A DNA stretch of 64,000 nucleotides from NCBI GenBank assembly GCA_032718475.1, contig JAUCBJ010001004.1, forward strand, positions 4,067 to 68,066. The letters are read 5' to 3'. The stretch's first letter is position 1. Every line of letters begins with the position of its first letter. Under the pieces are notes generated by a model. That model searched no databases. It worked only from the letters and a program-made list of their open reading frames with translations, and was not told the DNA's origin. Below are positions 1 to 10,319 of the stretch, piece after piece. The position numbers were made by a program, and so were the translations under genes. The stretch comes from Nemertoderma westbladi (lineage: Eukaryota > Animalia > Xenacoelomorpha).

Positions 1-539
1 GTATCTTATTCTACTTTGTCTATATGATTATGTTACTTTATCACTTTGGTTTAAACCGATCTCCTTTACTATCACTTACTACTTATACTACTACTACTAC
101 TACTATTACTACTACTGCTACTGACTACTACAGAGTTATATATTATAAGAGGATGGGGTTCGTGATTATTAGTTATTATACAAGTGCCCCTCGGCTATAG
201 AGAGTCCACCCTCGGTTGCTTACTGGGTGTTGGAGGTGGAATCCATGGTATTGATTAATTGGTAAATTAACAAGTTTAAAATTGTAAACGCAAAAGTTTA
301 AAATGTAGAATAAATCACATAAAATTTTTCGAGCTCAAAACTGATGACGAATGAAGGCCCAACTCGGTTTATATAGCATCAGCGCAGAGGGAGCAACGCA
401 ACAGTTTCAACGAGCGGCGGCTTTAATTAAAGGGCTCCCAGTGATAAGTCGTTAGGAGCCAGTAGTAATTATATATCGGTAATAACTATGGGATATAGCA
501 TATGAATGTTAGCCTTATTTGGGCCCTCAAGCTTATTAG

Positions 540-2216
540 CAATAGAGATATCTCGCTTACCGGCCGGCCCTCATGCAGATTTAGCGGCACCAAGGCTAAC
601 GGGGCACCTCAAAGACAGTCTGGCTATAGTAGAGTAGAATGGATATACGAGTCCATAGCTAAAATACATCTGCCATGGAGCCTTCGCGTAGCACTATGCT
701 CACCAAATATATTTATAATTCTCTATCCGCGAAATTTTCAGGAATTTTAAATTTTGGCCGTCGCTTCACGGAAAAAATAAAAAGTAAACACAAAATAGGA
801 TATACAGATTGTCATAGATTTGATTCCCTATCTCGACCAGAGTCATTATGACCCTCCCCCGATATTTATACAATATTTTATAGGCCGGTAGTATTGGGGT
901 TATTATGTGACTCATGAAAATAAATCTTAAATACAATACAAATGCTCCATCTGGGTAAAAGTGGATGCAATGTATTTACAAATCGAGTGTGGATCAGGGT
1001 AGTTTTCGTTAAGGTTTCACCTTGGTGAAGTGGAAGCATTGTATTCACATTTCGAGTACCATTTTTATTGAAACTATGGGGCATTTTATATTAGCCGATT
1101 TTTCAAAATTTGTAAAGTTTTGAGGGTTTTTATGAAAAATATAGGGATTTAGGGATTATCATTCAAATTGACTACGAAGAAGGCATAGGGATCATTAATG
1201 GTGTGCTGAGACTCAGAAATTTTCAGGAAATTTAAATTTTTGCCCTCGCTTCGCGGCATTATGACCCTCCCCCCCCCCCCCCCCCCCCCGATATTTATAC
1301 AACATTTTATAGCCCGGTAGTATTATGATTAAAGCTACTAAACTAAAACATAACAAAGTGCAATTATCCTATCTGTTCCAACTCGGTGTCACTAGTTTAG
1401 ATAATATACTATAATAATAGTGATAGCAGATGCTTTTAATTTCGCGATGAAATAATGTCAGCAAACGAAATATAGTGAATACATCATAGATAGAATTTTA
1501 AATTTTGCAGTTGCATGGAGTGATAACCCTTAGGTGAAAGCTAAATTTGCTCTACTTTAATCAAATGGGGCATTAAAGCTACGAGTATATTTTCCTCTAC
1601 ATCCTCCCTCGATCTTACACAAATCTGGGCAAAAGGCAGTTGAAGGGCTATCATTCCCAACATATGCGGTCCTCCCTTTAATGTTTCATTGTTCTATTCA
1701 TAGTCGCCTTTAAGAATTTCTCGGGAAAATAAGGATGAGGGGCTATCACTTTCAACCCCATGCGGCCCTCCCTTTCATGATTTCATTGAACTATCCATAG
1801 TACGAACAATCAAACCAAAGCCTTTGAATATCCTCGCGGCTTATCAGCGGCGCCATGGCTAACGGCTTAATATTAACAGTGAAGCATCTAAAAGACAGAG
1901 TGTCTATGATAGGACAGAACAGCGTACTTACAGCCTAGAGGTGGTCGCCCTGAAAACTTTGCTCGCCATCAATACATACAAAGCATCGCTTGATGGATAG
2001 AGTAATAGGGTGGATATTTTCATTTTGGTGAATATAATTTATAGCATTAATCACGAAAATCGCTAAATAATATATTTTAATTAAAATCAGCTCTGATAAA
2101 CAACTTGCATATCGAGTTTGTAAAGAATTCATAGGGATTGGCTGTTTATTTAGGGGTTAACATTCAAATTGATTACGAAGAAGCAGTAGGGGTCATTAAT
2201 GGTATGCTGAGACTCA
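540..2216. repeat. Non-coding mosaic of short dispersed direct duplications
   Basis: ~730-775 matches ~1215-1257; ~845-900 matches ~1257-1324 (with an expanded poly-C run); ~1140-1215 matches ~2131-2216; ~550-650 matches ~1835-1915. Confidence 0.6.
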
Positions 2217-2471
2217 CTTACTTCATGGCTCGCTCTCATAGAATAGATTAACTAGTAGAGAAAAATGAAAAATAAGTGGTTAAACATCTTATATTTTTTA
2301 AACAATATGGGGAAACAAGAATAAATAATTTACCGACAACATCAATATTAAATAATATAACAACAACAGATAAATAATTTACCAACAACATTGAAAATAA
2401 ATAATATAAGAACATCAACAATAACAAAAGATATAGTGAGAACAGTTTTTATTAAATAGAGACTGTTTATA

Positions 2472-4184
2472 TTAATAGGGTTGCTGGCCTCCGAGAATAA
2501 CTGGTTTAACCCTTTTAGGGTCCGATACTATTAATGGTTGCGTTAATTTTCTCTTTGATAGTTTGTTGAGATAACCTTTTCTTGGGGGGTGAAATAGATT
2601 AAGGTGTGTTTGCTGCGGGAGAAATATGCCTTCTCTGAGAGAACGTTTTAGTAATTCGAAAAGGCGCGCGATGGTAAAGTCGTTGGATAGGGTGATAGTG
2701 TTGGTATTTTTCGTATTGGTGAATATAATTTCTGCTGGTTTGTTCTCGATATGAATGTAAGGACTGAGATAGTAGTGAGAGTTGGGTGGGTTGGTTATAT
2801 TTATCGCGAGAAAATCGCTGCCCCTAATATTGAGACCGTTGGTGAACTGAAAAGTGGTATTCTCTTCGTCTTTCATTAAAATGGGCCAGATACCAACATA
2901 TTTTTCGGATTTGAACTTATAGATAAAGGCTGCGATACTGCTATTTATGAGATAGCGTTGGTGATTGGGGATCGTAATCTGCTTTGGTTTGAAAGCAAAT
3001 TGTATAGCCATAGCCTTGAATCTGATTAGAGCCTCGCGCGCTTGAATCGTGTTAGCTATAGTAAAGGATTCGTTAAATTTTCTCTCGGTTATCTGTAAAT
3101 CAATTTCTGAATCACTGATACAACTTTGTATCGATATTCGCTCGGAAATGTTGTCTTTGTATACGTTAAGTTCATCGTAGCAGACACATTCACTATCCTC
3201 GATGGTTGAATCGAACCATTTCAATTCGCCGACCTCGGTTGGTGTAAGAAGAATCATGCCCCTAGAAGAAACAATAGCCTTTCCATCGTCAACCTCGTAG
3301 CCATTGGTGATCGCTAAATTGCGCTCGTTCCGAATATTTGTAGCAAACCCAAAAGTGCAATAGTCAAAAGCAACCCAATTGCCCGGTTTTAGGACAAGGT
3401 GAGTAGTAGGATTAATAAAAGGGCGACAGATGTTTACATATTGTTGAAATAAATTGGCGCAGGCGACGGAAAATGTAATCCATGAACTGTTTACAGTGTC
3501 TTCCAGCTTTATTAACTCGAGTGGTTTCACTGGGTTAATACTTCCATAGGTGCCAACTCTATAATTGAATCCAAAGTAATAGGAGACTTTATTGGCGAAA
3601 AAGCATGTGAGCTCATTCAATTTCTCGCCGAAAGCGAGAACATCCTTGTCGAAAAGTTTAAAGAAACGAGTCTCCTCTTCCTCGGTCGGAGTCGACGAGT
3701 TCCAGATGAGAAGAAGAATCGAGTTTGCGATACTATGAAAATCAAATAAGCGATCATCGGAGAAGAAGGAGGTTACGAGAGTGGTTAAACCCAGTAGACG
3801 ATTTGCCACATCTTGGTTGATGTTTTCTCGAATAAAATCGACTATACTAGTTGGAATCGTAAACGTTTCGGGCGAAGTAGTTAGATTGAACGTTATTTTG
3901 TTGTCCCTTTTTAAAAGTTTGAAACCGTGGTTGGAGGAATGAAGTTTGTTATCATCGAGGGTTTGATATTGTCCATCGTGAAGTTCGTAGCAGGCGCGGA
4001 AAATAAAGTGCGCGTAGTTTGCCGGAATCGGGATGGGTTGGTTTAAGGTTGTATTTATCGTTAACGGGAAGAGTTTGTTCGCCGGATCGAAATATAGACC
4101 AAACGAGTTGTCTTGTAGCATAAACTGATTTTCGTTGCAAACCAGATCGTTGCTTGAATAGCTGATTTCTGAATGTGCCATCAT
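2472..4184 (-). CDS. 570-aa protein with PC4/Sub1-like ssDNA-binding-type repeat(s); probably viral/Polinton-associated; homolog of 49358..50401
   Basis: Long intronless ORF. Segment FIYKFKSEKYVGIWPI...NGLNIRGSDF resembles the PC4 pattern V..FKG...I.IRE....KGISL..EQW and aligns with VSKYKGTTYMGLWEI...NGFNLTASEV of the 347-aa ORF. Basic C-terminal NLS-like PKRVK. Confidence 0.55.
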   Translation of the reverse strand: MMAHSEISYSSNDLVCNENQFMLQDNSFGLYFDPANKLFPLTINTTLNQPIPIPANYAHFIFRACYELHDGQYQTLDDNKLHSSNHGFKLLKRDNKITFNLTTSPETFTIPTSIVDFIRENINQDVANRLLGLTTLVTSFFSDDRLFDFHSIANSILLLIWNSSTPTEEEETRFFKLFDKDVLAFGEKLNELTCFFANKVSYYFGFNYRVGTYGSINPVKPLELIKLEDTVNSSWITFSVACANLFQQYVNICRPFINPTTHLVLKPGNWVAFDYCTFGFATNIRNERNLAITNGYEVDDGKAIVSSRGMILLTPTEVGELKWFDSTIEDSECVCYDELNVYKDNISERISIQSCISDSEIDLQITERKFNESFTIANTIQAREALIRFKAMAIQFAFKPKQITIPNHQRYLINSSIAAFIYKFKSEKYVGIWPILMKDEENTTFQFTNGLNIRGSDFLAINITNPPNSHYYLSPYIHIENKPAEIIFTNTKNTNTITLSNDFTIARLFELLKRSLREGIFLPQQTHLNLFHPPRKGYLNKLSKRKLTQPLIVSDPKRVKPVILGGQQPY

Positions 4185-4760
4185 GATTGTGTACCGGTAA
4201 CTCGTTTAGGAAATAAAAATAAATAAATACTTTTACGAAAATAATTAAAACTTTTCAGGAAAACAAAGAGACAATGATTGGGAATGTGGTGAACGGGGGC
4301 TATTATAGAGGGGGCTAGAATGGGTTAGCCAATCATGGAACAGGAGAGAGAAAAGACTGTATAATTAAACCAATCAGAGAGCAGCTTTGATGACATCACA
4401 TCAGGCGAGATAATGATTGCCCAATGTTATTCAATGGTAGACAGAGTGGCGCCATTGAATAACGAAGACAAAGGGGCCGCGAGAGGAAAGATTATAAAGT
4501 TAACGATAAGGGAACTATAAACCATAGAGCTAAAAATAGACATTATGTCATAGTGATCTCATTGGTAATATAAAAACTAATTAATCTAAAAATAGAAATC
4601 AATGTATAAAATAAAAGTAATACAATTAATTAATTTAAAATAAAGTACAAATGAATAAATAAAGTCAAATAGAATACAAATAATTAATTAAAATTAGGTA
4701 CAAATAAATAGTTAAATTGAAAATAACAAAGTTAGAGAAGATGTTAATTTTCAGATAATA

Positions 4761-4790
4761 CGCCCTCTAGCGGCAGACTATGGAACTGCA
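4761..4790 (-). promoter_or_regulatory. CTCF-like motif upstream of the PC4-like gene
   Basis: Minus strand reads TGCAGTTCC-ATAGTCT-GCCGCTAGAGGGCG, resembling a CTCF core plus its upstream motif. A related sequence lies at 51150-51175. Confidence 0.4.
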
Positions 4791-5130
4791 GGCGGTTGGA
4801 TATAGGTAAGAGTAATTAGTAATCAGAGCTGTCACGGGGTGGGGGCAGGGGCGCTTGGATACAACTATCATTAATATGCTGTTGCTTGGTTAAAGCTAAT
4901 TGGGGGGTCAAAGGTCAAAGGTCAACGATAAAGCTGTCTGGATATAGATAAGAGTAATTAGTTACCAGTAAGGGAGCTGTATACCCATAAAGTACAAATG
5001 AATAATTAATATAAAATAAAGTACAAATGAATAAATAAAGTAAAATAGAATACAAATAATTAATTAAAATTAAATATAAATAAATAAGTATTAATGAATA
5101 AAAGGGCTGAGGTGTCACTTATGACACCCT

Positions 5131-5435
5131 CTTGAGCCGGCTCTGCGACAGTTAGACCTCACTGATGACCCATTGTGTGTCAGGGCGCTAATCAGTCTGA
5201 TTAATTAGGATAATCAATTAAACCCTAATTAGGAGTCATATGACACCTGTTAGGGTTTAATTGTACTAATTAATTGATGACACCTGTCAATTAGGGTCTA
5301 ATTAGCCTAATTGGGAGGTGTCACCCAGACAGTCTGGCGCCAATGACACCCAATGACACCCATAGGGTGATAATTGGGTGTCATATGACACCCAATGGGT
5401 GTCAGTGAGGTCTAACTGTCGCAGAGCCGGCCAAG
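5131..5435. repeat. Complex palindrome / MITE-like inverted-repeat structure with multiple TGACACC/GGTGTCA motifs
   Basis: Arms of ~45 bp (cttgagccggctctgcgacagttagacctcactga...tcagtgaggtctaactgtcgcagagccggccaag), flanked by a direct ACCCT repeat (5126-5130, 5436-5440). Internal perfect palindrome gggtgtcatatgacaccc. Confidence 0.75.
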
Positions 5436-5583
5436 ACCCTACTACTTTGGTCCAAACGCTAAAATTGGGCTTGCCGAGCTACAATACCAAGCAACATACA
5501 GTAATATTACACTGCAAACTCAAATCTCACTGTCAATCGGGGTAGATGCAAAAGATGCCAAATTATATAGTTTATTTCCTGGT

Positions 5584-6213
5584 ATGCATAGCTCTATTCA
5601 AGTGATTATTGATGATATAAATAAACTGTTTAATTCTGAAGCGAAATATAGAGATTTCGAATTCATTTTTAATACAAATAATTCTAGAATTAAATTTAAA
5701 TTTCCTAAAAAGTTGAAAAAAATACAATTAAGTCTACGTGGTGATTTAATACAAATTCTAGGCTTAAAACCGTTATTGGATCGGAATCATCCAGGTATTC
5801 CGAATTGGGATATATACAGTACCACTACAGTAGATGAATTAAGCAATATAGAACAGCCGATATTAATTTTAAATTATAGCGGACCAAAAATTTCGGAAAT
5901 TGGCATTTTAGATTTTCCAGCTCCCACGAATATAACACGTAATAAAGACACTATCTTTATATATACAGATATTATTAAGAGCTCATTTGTTGGTGACGCT
6001 TTAGCACCGCTCTTAAGAACCTGCCCTTTAACGCAATTAAATCGAAAATATATTAATCACGAATACGAGAGCATTTGCTATTACCCGTTATTGAATAAAA
6101 AACTAAAAACAATCTTAATTACTTTACGTGACGGACAAGGCGAATTAATTAATTTTAGCGGAGGTCGCACTGTTATAACACTTAAGTTAATACGGGGTGG
6201 CAGTGATGGATGA
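5584..6213 (+). CDS. Polinton minor capsid (penton) protein 1, probably 5'-truncated
   Basis: C-terminal mCP motif IFIYTDIIKSSFVGDALAPLLR...YYPL...I.ITLRDGQGELINFSGG.TVITL. The frame stays open upstream to ~5431 (PRPYYFGPNAKIGLAELQY) without an ATG. Confidence 0.8.
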   Translation: MHSSIQVIIDDINKLFNSEAKYRDFEFIFNTNNSRIKFKFPKKLKKIQLSLRGDLIQILGLKPLLDRNHPGIPNWDIYSTTTVDELSNIEQPILILNYSGPKISEIGILDFPAPTNITRNKDTIFIYTDIIKSSFVGDALAPLLRTCPLTQLNRKYINHEYESICYYPLLNKKLKTILITLRDGQGELINFSGGRTVITLKLIRGGSDG

Positions 6214-7051
6214 ATTCTACGTAAGACTACCAAGTAACTCCTGTCCAATTGATTTTCCCCGCAATAGCGCTAGTAATTATCAGATCAATTTCCATGGCGC
6301 CTTACCTATAAACCCAAACGAAAACTGGGTGGTAGGTATAAAAAGTATATTTTACTTAGCTACGTTGCGGTCCATGTATAACAATGTAGAGAATGTTATT
6401 TTATTAAAAAAAGGAAAAAAAAATTTTGAGGATACACTTCCATCCGGTTTGTTCTACAGTATCAATGACATTATAGATTATTTTAACACGGGGGCGTTGA
6501 AAGATAAATTACAAATAGTTGAAAATACTCAGCAAAATAGGTTGCAATTTATTTTAGGGAAAACTGTGCGAGAGTTATTTATAGGTCAACAATTAGCCTA
6601 TTATTTTGGAATTACTGAAAATAATCTCGGAGCGAATTTAAATCCAAATTTTAAAATTATTTTGAAGACGAAAAATAATATAAAGGGTTATTTAATAAAG
6701 GTTATCGGAAATGGAGAAAAAGCTTACCAGATGGTATTTTTATGCCCTCAACCACCCAATTCTATTCCAGAACCTAAGTCGAACATGTACGTGACTACTA
6801 ATATAATTGAAAATCAATATATTAATGACTTTGGTTTAGCTTTACTTCGTCGTGTTGCGATACCTGATGACGTGAAATATGGTAGCGTAATAAATAAAGA
6901 ATTTGTCAAGGATACAATTCATTATATCCCTGTAAAAAAATCATATAAGATAACATACATTCATATTGAAATAACAGACAAAGAAGGAAAAGATTTGAAT
7001 TTTGAATACGGGACAACATCTATTATATTACACTTTAAACGAATAAATTAA
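6206..7051 (+). CDS. Polinton minor capsid (penton) protein 2
   Basis: N-terminus FYVRLPSNSCPIDFPRNSASNY...WVVGI; C-terminus MYVTTNIIENQYI..LLRRV...YIPV...IHIEITDKEG..LNFEYG.TSIILHFKR. Confidence 0.85.
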   Translation: MDEFYVRLPSNSCPIDFPRNSASNYQINFHGALPINPNENWVVGIKSIFYLATLRSMYNNVENVILLKKGKKNFEDTLPSGLFYSINDIIDYFNTGALKDKLQIVENTQQNRLQFILGKTVRELFIGQQLAYYFGITENNLGANLNPNFKIILKTKNNIKGYLIKVIGNGEKAYQMVFLCPQPPNSIPEPKSNMYVTTNIIENQYINDFGLALLRRVAIPDDVKYGSVINKEFVKDTIHYIPVKKSYKITYIHIEITDKEGKDLNFEYGTTSIILHFKRIN

Positions 7052-7052
7052 A

Positions 7053-7613
7053 ATGGATTCTGATTTATTTCAAAGATACAGTAAACCTCAATATGGTGGT
7101 GCAGACTCGAATCTTGCTGTTTTTAAAGGTGGTAGAAGTACGAGAGGCTCGACGCAAGTTCCTGTTTTTCGAGGTGGTTCATATATTGACCCTTACGGTC
7201 AACAAATTGGCGCATTTGGTCCAAACTTAAAACAACGTCGTTTTCAGCGTTATCCTAGAGGTATGAGGGCAAATCAACATGGAGAAGGTATATTTACAGA
7301 CGCTTTATTGACATTGAAAAAATTTGGTAAGCCATTAGCTAAAAAAGTTTTACAAAAAGCTTTACCATTTACCACAAAATTTATGAGACAACACGTAATA
7401 CCAAAAGGTAAGCGGGTCTTACATCAGCAGGCTAATACGGTTATTAATAAAGCATTAAATAAAATGAAACCGTCAACAAGGTCAGTTGTAGAAAAAGTTT
7501 ATAGAGATTTAAAGCGACCCGCTAGACCAATGTCTATGAACATACATCATCGACGTAGTAAAAAGAGAAATATAAAAGGCAAACTGAAACACTGCGAAAA
7601 AAGTATTTTTTAA
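7053..7613 (+). CDS. Polinton core / membrane-lytic precursor protein with adenain-type cleavage sites
   Basis: Repeated QYGG, FKGG, FRGG and QHGEG sites, then an amphipathic basic helix (IFTDALLTLKKFGKPLAKKVL) and an Arg/Lys-rich tail. Lies between mCP and MCP. Confidence 0.65.
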   Translation: MDSDLFQRYSKPQYGGADSNLAVFKGGRSTRGSTQVPVFRGGSYIDPYGQQIGAFGPNLKQRRFQRYPRGMRANQHGEGIFTDALLTLKKFGKPLAKKVLQKALPFTTKFMRQHVIPKGKRVLHQQANTVINKALNKMKPSTRSVVEKVYRDLKRPARPMSMNIHHRRSKKRNIKGKLKHCEKSIF

Positions 7614-7615
7614 TA

Positions 7616-8875
7616 ATGTCAATTATTAAGGAATTAGATTTATTTTCTACACAGCCAATACAGACTGAATTTAAAGCAAAGCATTATGAAACAATTTACC
7701 CCGTATCTAATCTCAGAAGTGAGTCTAGGGAAGTCACGTTCCTTGTACCGAGATCCAATGAATTCTATACGAAACTGCAAGATGCGTTATTAATTACAAA
7801 ATGTACTGTACGGTGGGATAGACGACTTGAAAATTCCCATATATATATGCTGAATTACCCCGCTGAAACTATGTGGAGTGATATTAAAATAGACCTTAAT
7901 GAGAAGCAGGTTGAAAATAGCAATAACCATTATTTCTACAAGTCGTACTTATCCAATTTATTATTTACAACTTACGAGGATAAAAATGGGCTACTGGGTG
8001 CGGGTGGCTTTCATCAGCCTTTATCTGAGCACGGAAATGAAATTGATCCCGGCGCGCATCCTATTGGCGATGCCTTTAGTAAACAAATGCAATTTGTAAG
8101 TGGATTGACGATTGATTTTGATACTGAAAGCAAAATAATACAACCCGGGTATGATTTAAGAATGCATTTTAGTAAAGTATCAAATTCGTTTATTTTTAAA
8201 ATCACTCCAAACGCAAACGTGGTGACAAATCTTCGGCTAGAATTAGATGAAATAAAGATCCTAATCCCTAGAATGGAGGTTAATCCGGTAATAGAAAGCA
8301 GTCACCTAAAAGGTTTAGAGAGTTACGATATTGAATATCAATTCCAAAAAAAGGAGGTTACAACATTTACTATTCCCGCTCAAACCACAAATTACACCCA
8401 AACAAACATATTTGATGGTAAAAAACCCAAATTAGTTATTATCGGCTTCATAACAAATAACGCTTATTCGGGATAATTAATTAGCAATCCCTTGAAATTT
8501 GAACATTTTAACCTTAGACGCGCGGAACTGATTGTAGACGGTCTTCCAGTAGGTGGTGTAATATACGAGCCTAATTTTACAGATGGAACATATATTTTTG
8601 AGTATACTCAATTAATGAAGAACATTAATATATATATTAACGGTTATGGAGGTAATAATATAGACCATGAAACCTACTTAGGTAATTGCCCCATCCTATC
8701 CTGGGACTTAACCGCCGACGGCTATGTTAGAGATCCGCAACCATCGATATATACTAACGGCCAATTAAAATTAAGATTTGCCGAACCGTTGGTTGAAACC
8801 ATAAATGTAATCGTTTTTAATATTTATGATCAATCATTAAGTTTAAATAGTAGGAAAGAAATACATATCGATTAA
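7616..8875 (+). pseudogene. Polinton major capsid protein (double jelly-roll) with one in-frame stop at 8474-8476
   Basis: Motifs ELDLFS..PIQT, YFYKSYL..LL, PKLVIIGF, AYSG*LISNPLKFEHFNL, WDLTAD, LRFAEPL.ETINVIV. The two ORFs (7616..8476, 8492..8875) are in the same frame, ~419 codons in total. Confidence 0.88.
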
Positions 8876-8877
8876 GT

Positions 8878-9330
8878 ATGTTATCTACAGAGGACCTTGA
8901 TATGTTTCCAGTGGGTGGTCACTATTTGGGTGCGTTTCCAGCTAATAAATTACCTAAATTAGATAATAATGAGCGAAGAGATTATGGGTTAATAGTAAAT
9001 ACCGATAAAGAGCATCTGCCCGGGATTCATTGGATCGCAATATATATACGAGATAATGAGGCTGAATTATTTGATTCATTCGGATCAAAATATCCAAACA
9101 GATGCATCGAAAAATGGCTTGAGAAAAATTCCGCAAGATGGCGTACTACTCGCAAACAATTTCAAGACCCAAGGAGGACCACATGCGGTCTATACTGTCT
9201 TTATTACTTGGTAAATCGAATTCACACAAACTATCCAATGAGTGCGTTTACAAATAATGTGGAAATAAATGAAATAATATTATATAAATGGCTTGTTAAT
9301 TATTATAAAATAAACCAACAAGTGTTGTAA
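8878..9330 (+). CDS. Adenain-like cysteine maturation protease
   Basis: NTD....PGIHWIAI (His), FDSFG (Asp), Q...TCGLYCLYYL (Gln/Cys). Confidence 0.92.
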   Translation: MLSTEDLDMFPVGGHYLGAFPANKLPKLDNNERRDYGLIVNTDKEHLPGIHWIAIYIRDNEAELFDSFGSKYPNRCIEKWLEKNSARWRTTRKQFQDPRRTTCGLYCLYYLVNRIHTNYPMSAFTNNVEINEIILYKWLVNYYKINQQVL

Positions 9331-9361
9331 TTAATCATTTAGCTTTTGTTTATCAGATAAA

Positions 9362-9958
9362 ATGGATAATATTATTTTTGTTGATTTTCAATATTATAAG
9401 ATAGACAATAAAGAGTATCCGGTAGTATTTAAAGAATTTGCTATATTCGATTCTAATTACACCAAAACTAATGTAAAGATGTTTTTAATTAAAGGCCCAC
9501 CTATTATTAAGTTATCAGCTTTAGATGTAGCTCACGTAAACAATTTACGAGACATGACTTCTCATTTGCCCTGGGACTACGGTGACATTTCGCAAGATGA
9601 CTTTAAAAAATATATGAAGAGACATTTAAAATATAAAAAAAATATACATGTATTTGGGTTGATGAAATGGGCAATATTAAACACCCAACTCGATGTTCTC
9701 GCGCCAAATTCGGTGGAGAAATTGGGAATATATAAGCAATATCATGATTATTTAACCCCCTGTCGCTTCCACGATCAATTTACTACAGTAGAAAATAAAT
9801 GTGCGTTCCACTTAAACATTAGGGATAACTGTCTGCGATACTGCTCAGCAAAACGCGTTGGGGGGTATGAGATGCTACACTTTTTCATGAGAAAGCGTTT
9901 AACTGCGACTGATGATGATAAACAGAAAGAAATAACTGCGGTGGAAGATGTACTGTAG
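9362..9958 (+). CDS. Polinton accessory protein, putative RNase H-like/DEDD-derived fold with ECHC zinc motif
   Basis: IIFVDFQ...FKEFAI...F.IKGPP...HLPWDYG...HVFG..K...CAFH...YCSAKRV. Directly follows the protease. Confidence 0.5.
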   Translation: MDNIIFVDFQYYKIDNKEYPVVFKEFAIFDSNYTKTNVKMFLIKGPPIIKLSALDVAHVNNLRDMTSHLPWDYGDISQDDFKKYMKRHLKYKKNIHVFGLMKWAILNTQLDVLAPNSVEKLGIYKQYHDYLTPCRFHDQFTTVENKCAFHLNIRDNCLRYCSAKRVGGYEMLHFFMRKRLTATDDDKQKEITAVEDVL

Positions 9959-10319
9959 GTTTACTGTAAGCTTGTTATATGATGGGATATAATATAATTT
10001 TATTTTGGTGATGATCTTGATGTTAATATAAAAATATAATAAAATATAATTTTTTTACAACAAGTTCTCTAAAAAAGAGTCAATTGCGCTAGGTTAACCA
10101 TACACATTTAACAATATGACGTAGACGTAACATGTACAGTAAGTATTCTCGATATCCTTCTAATATAGATGTACTGGTATTGCGAAACATCCTATACATC
10201 GCAAACTAATAACACATACAGTAGTTGACTAGTAATATTAGTCAGAAATGCAACATAAACTGTATAGGTTAACCTGTTGGTACCGGTACTGATAAATTCA
10301 ATAATTTATTATAGGCCTA

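Noticed and set aside
132-170. AGAGTTATATATTATAAG as the left Polinton TIR
   Set aside because: Only the first ~13 nt resemble the right terminus; the following sequence does not match the reverse complement of 51346 inward.
8474-8476. Stop-codon readthrough or alternative genetic code in MCP
   Set aside because: A single TAA; neighbouring genes end with TAA normally, so a nonsense mutation is simpler.
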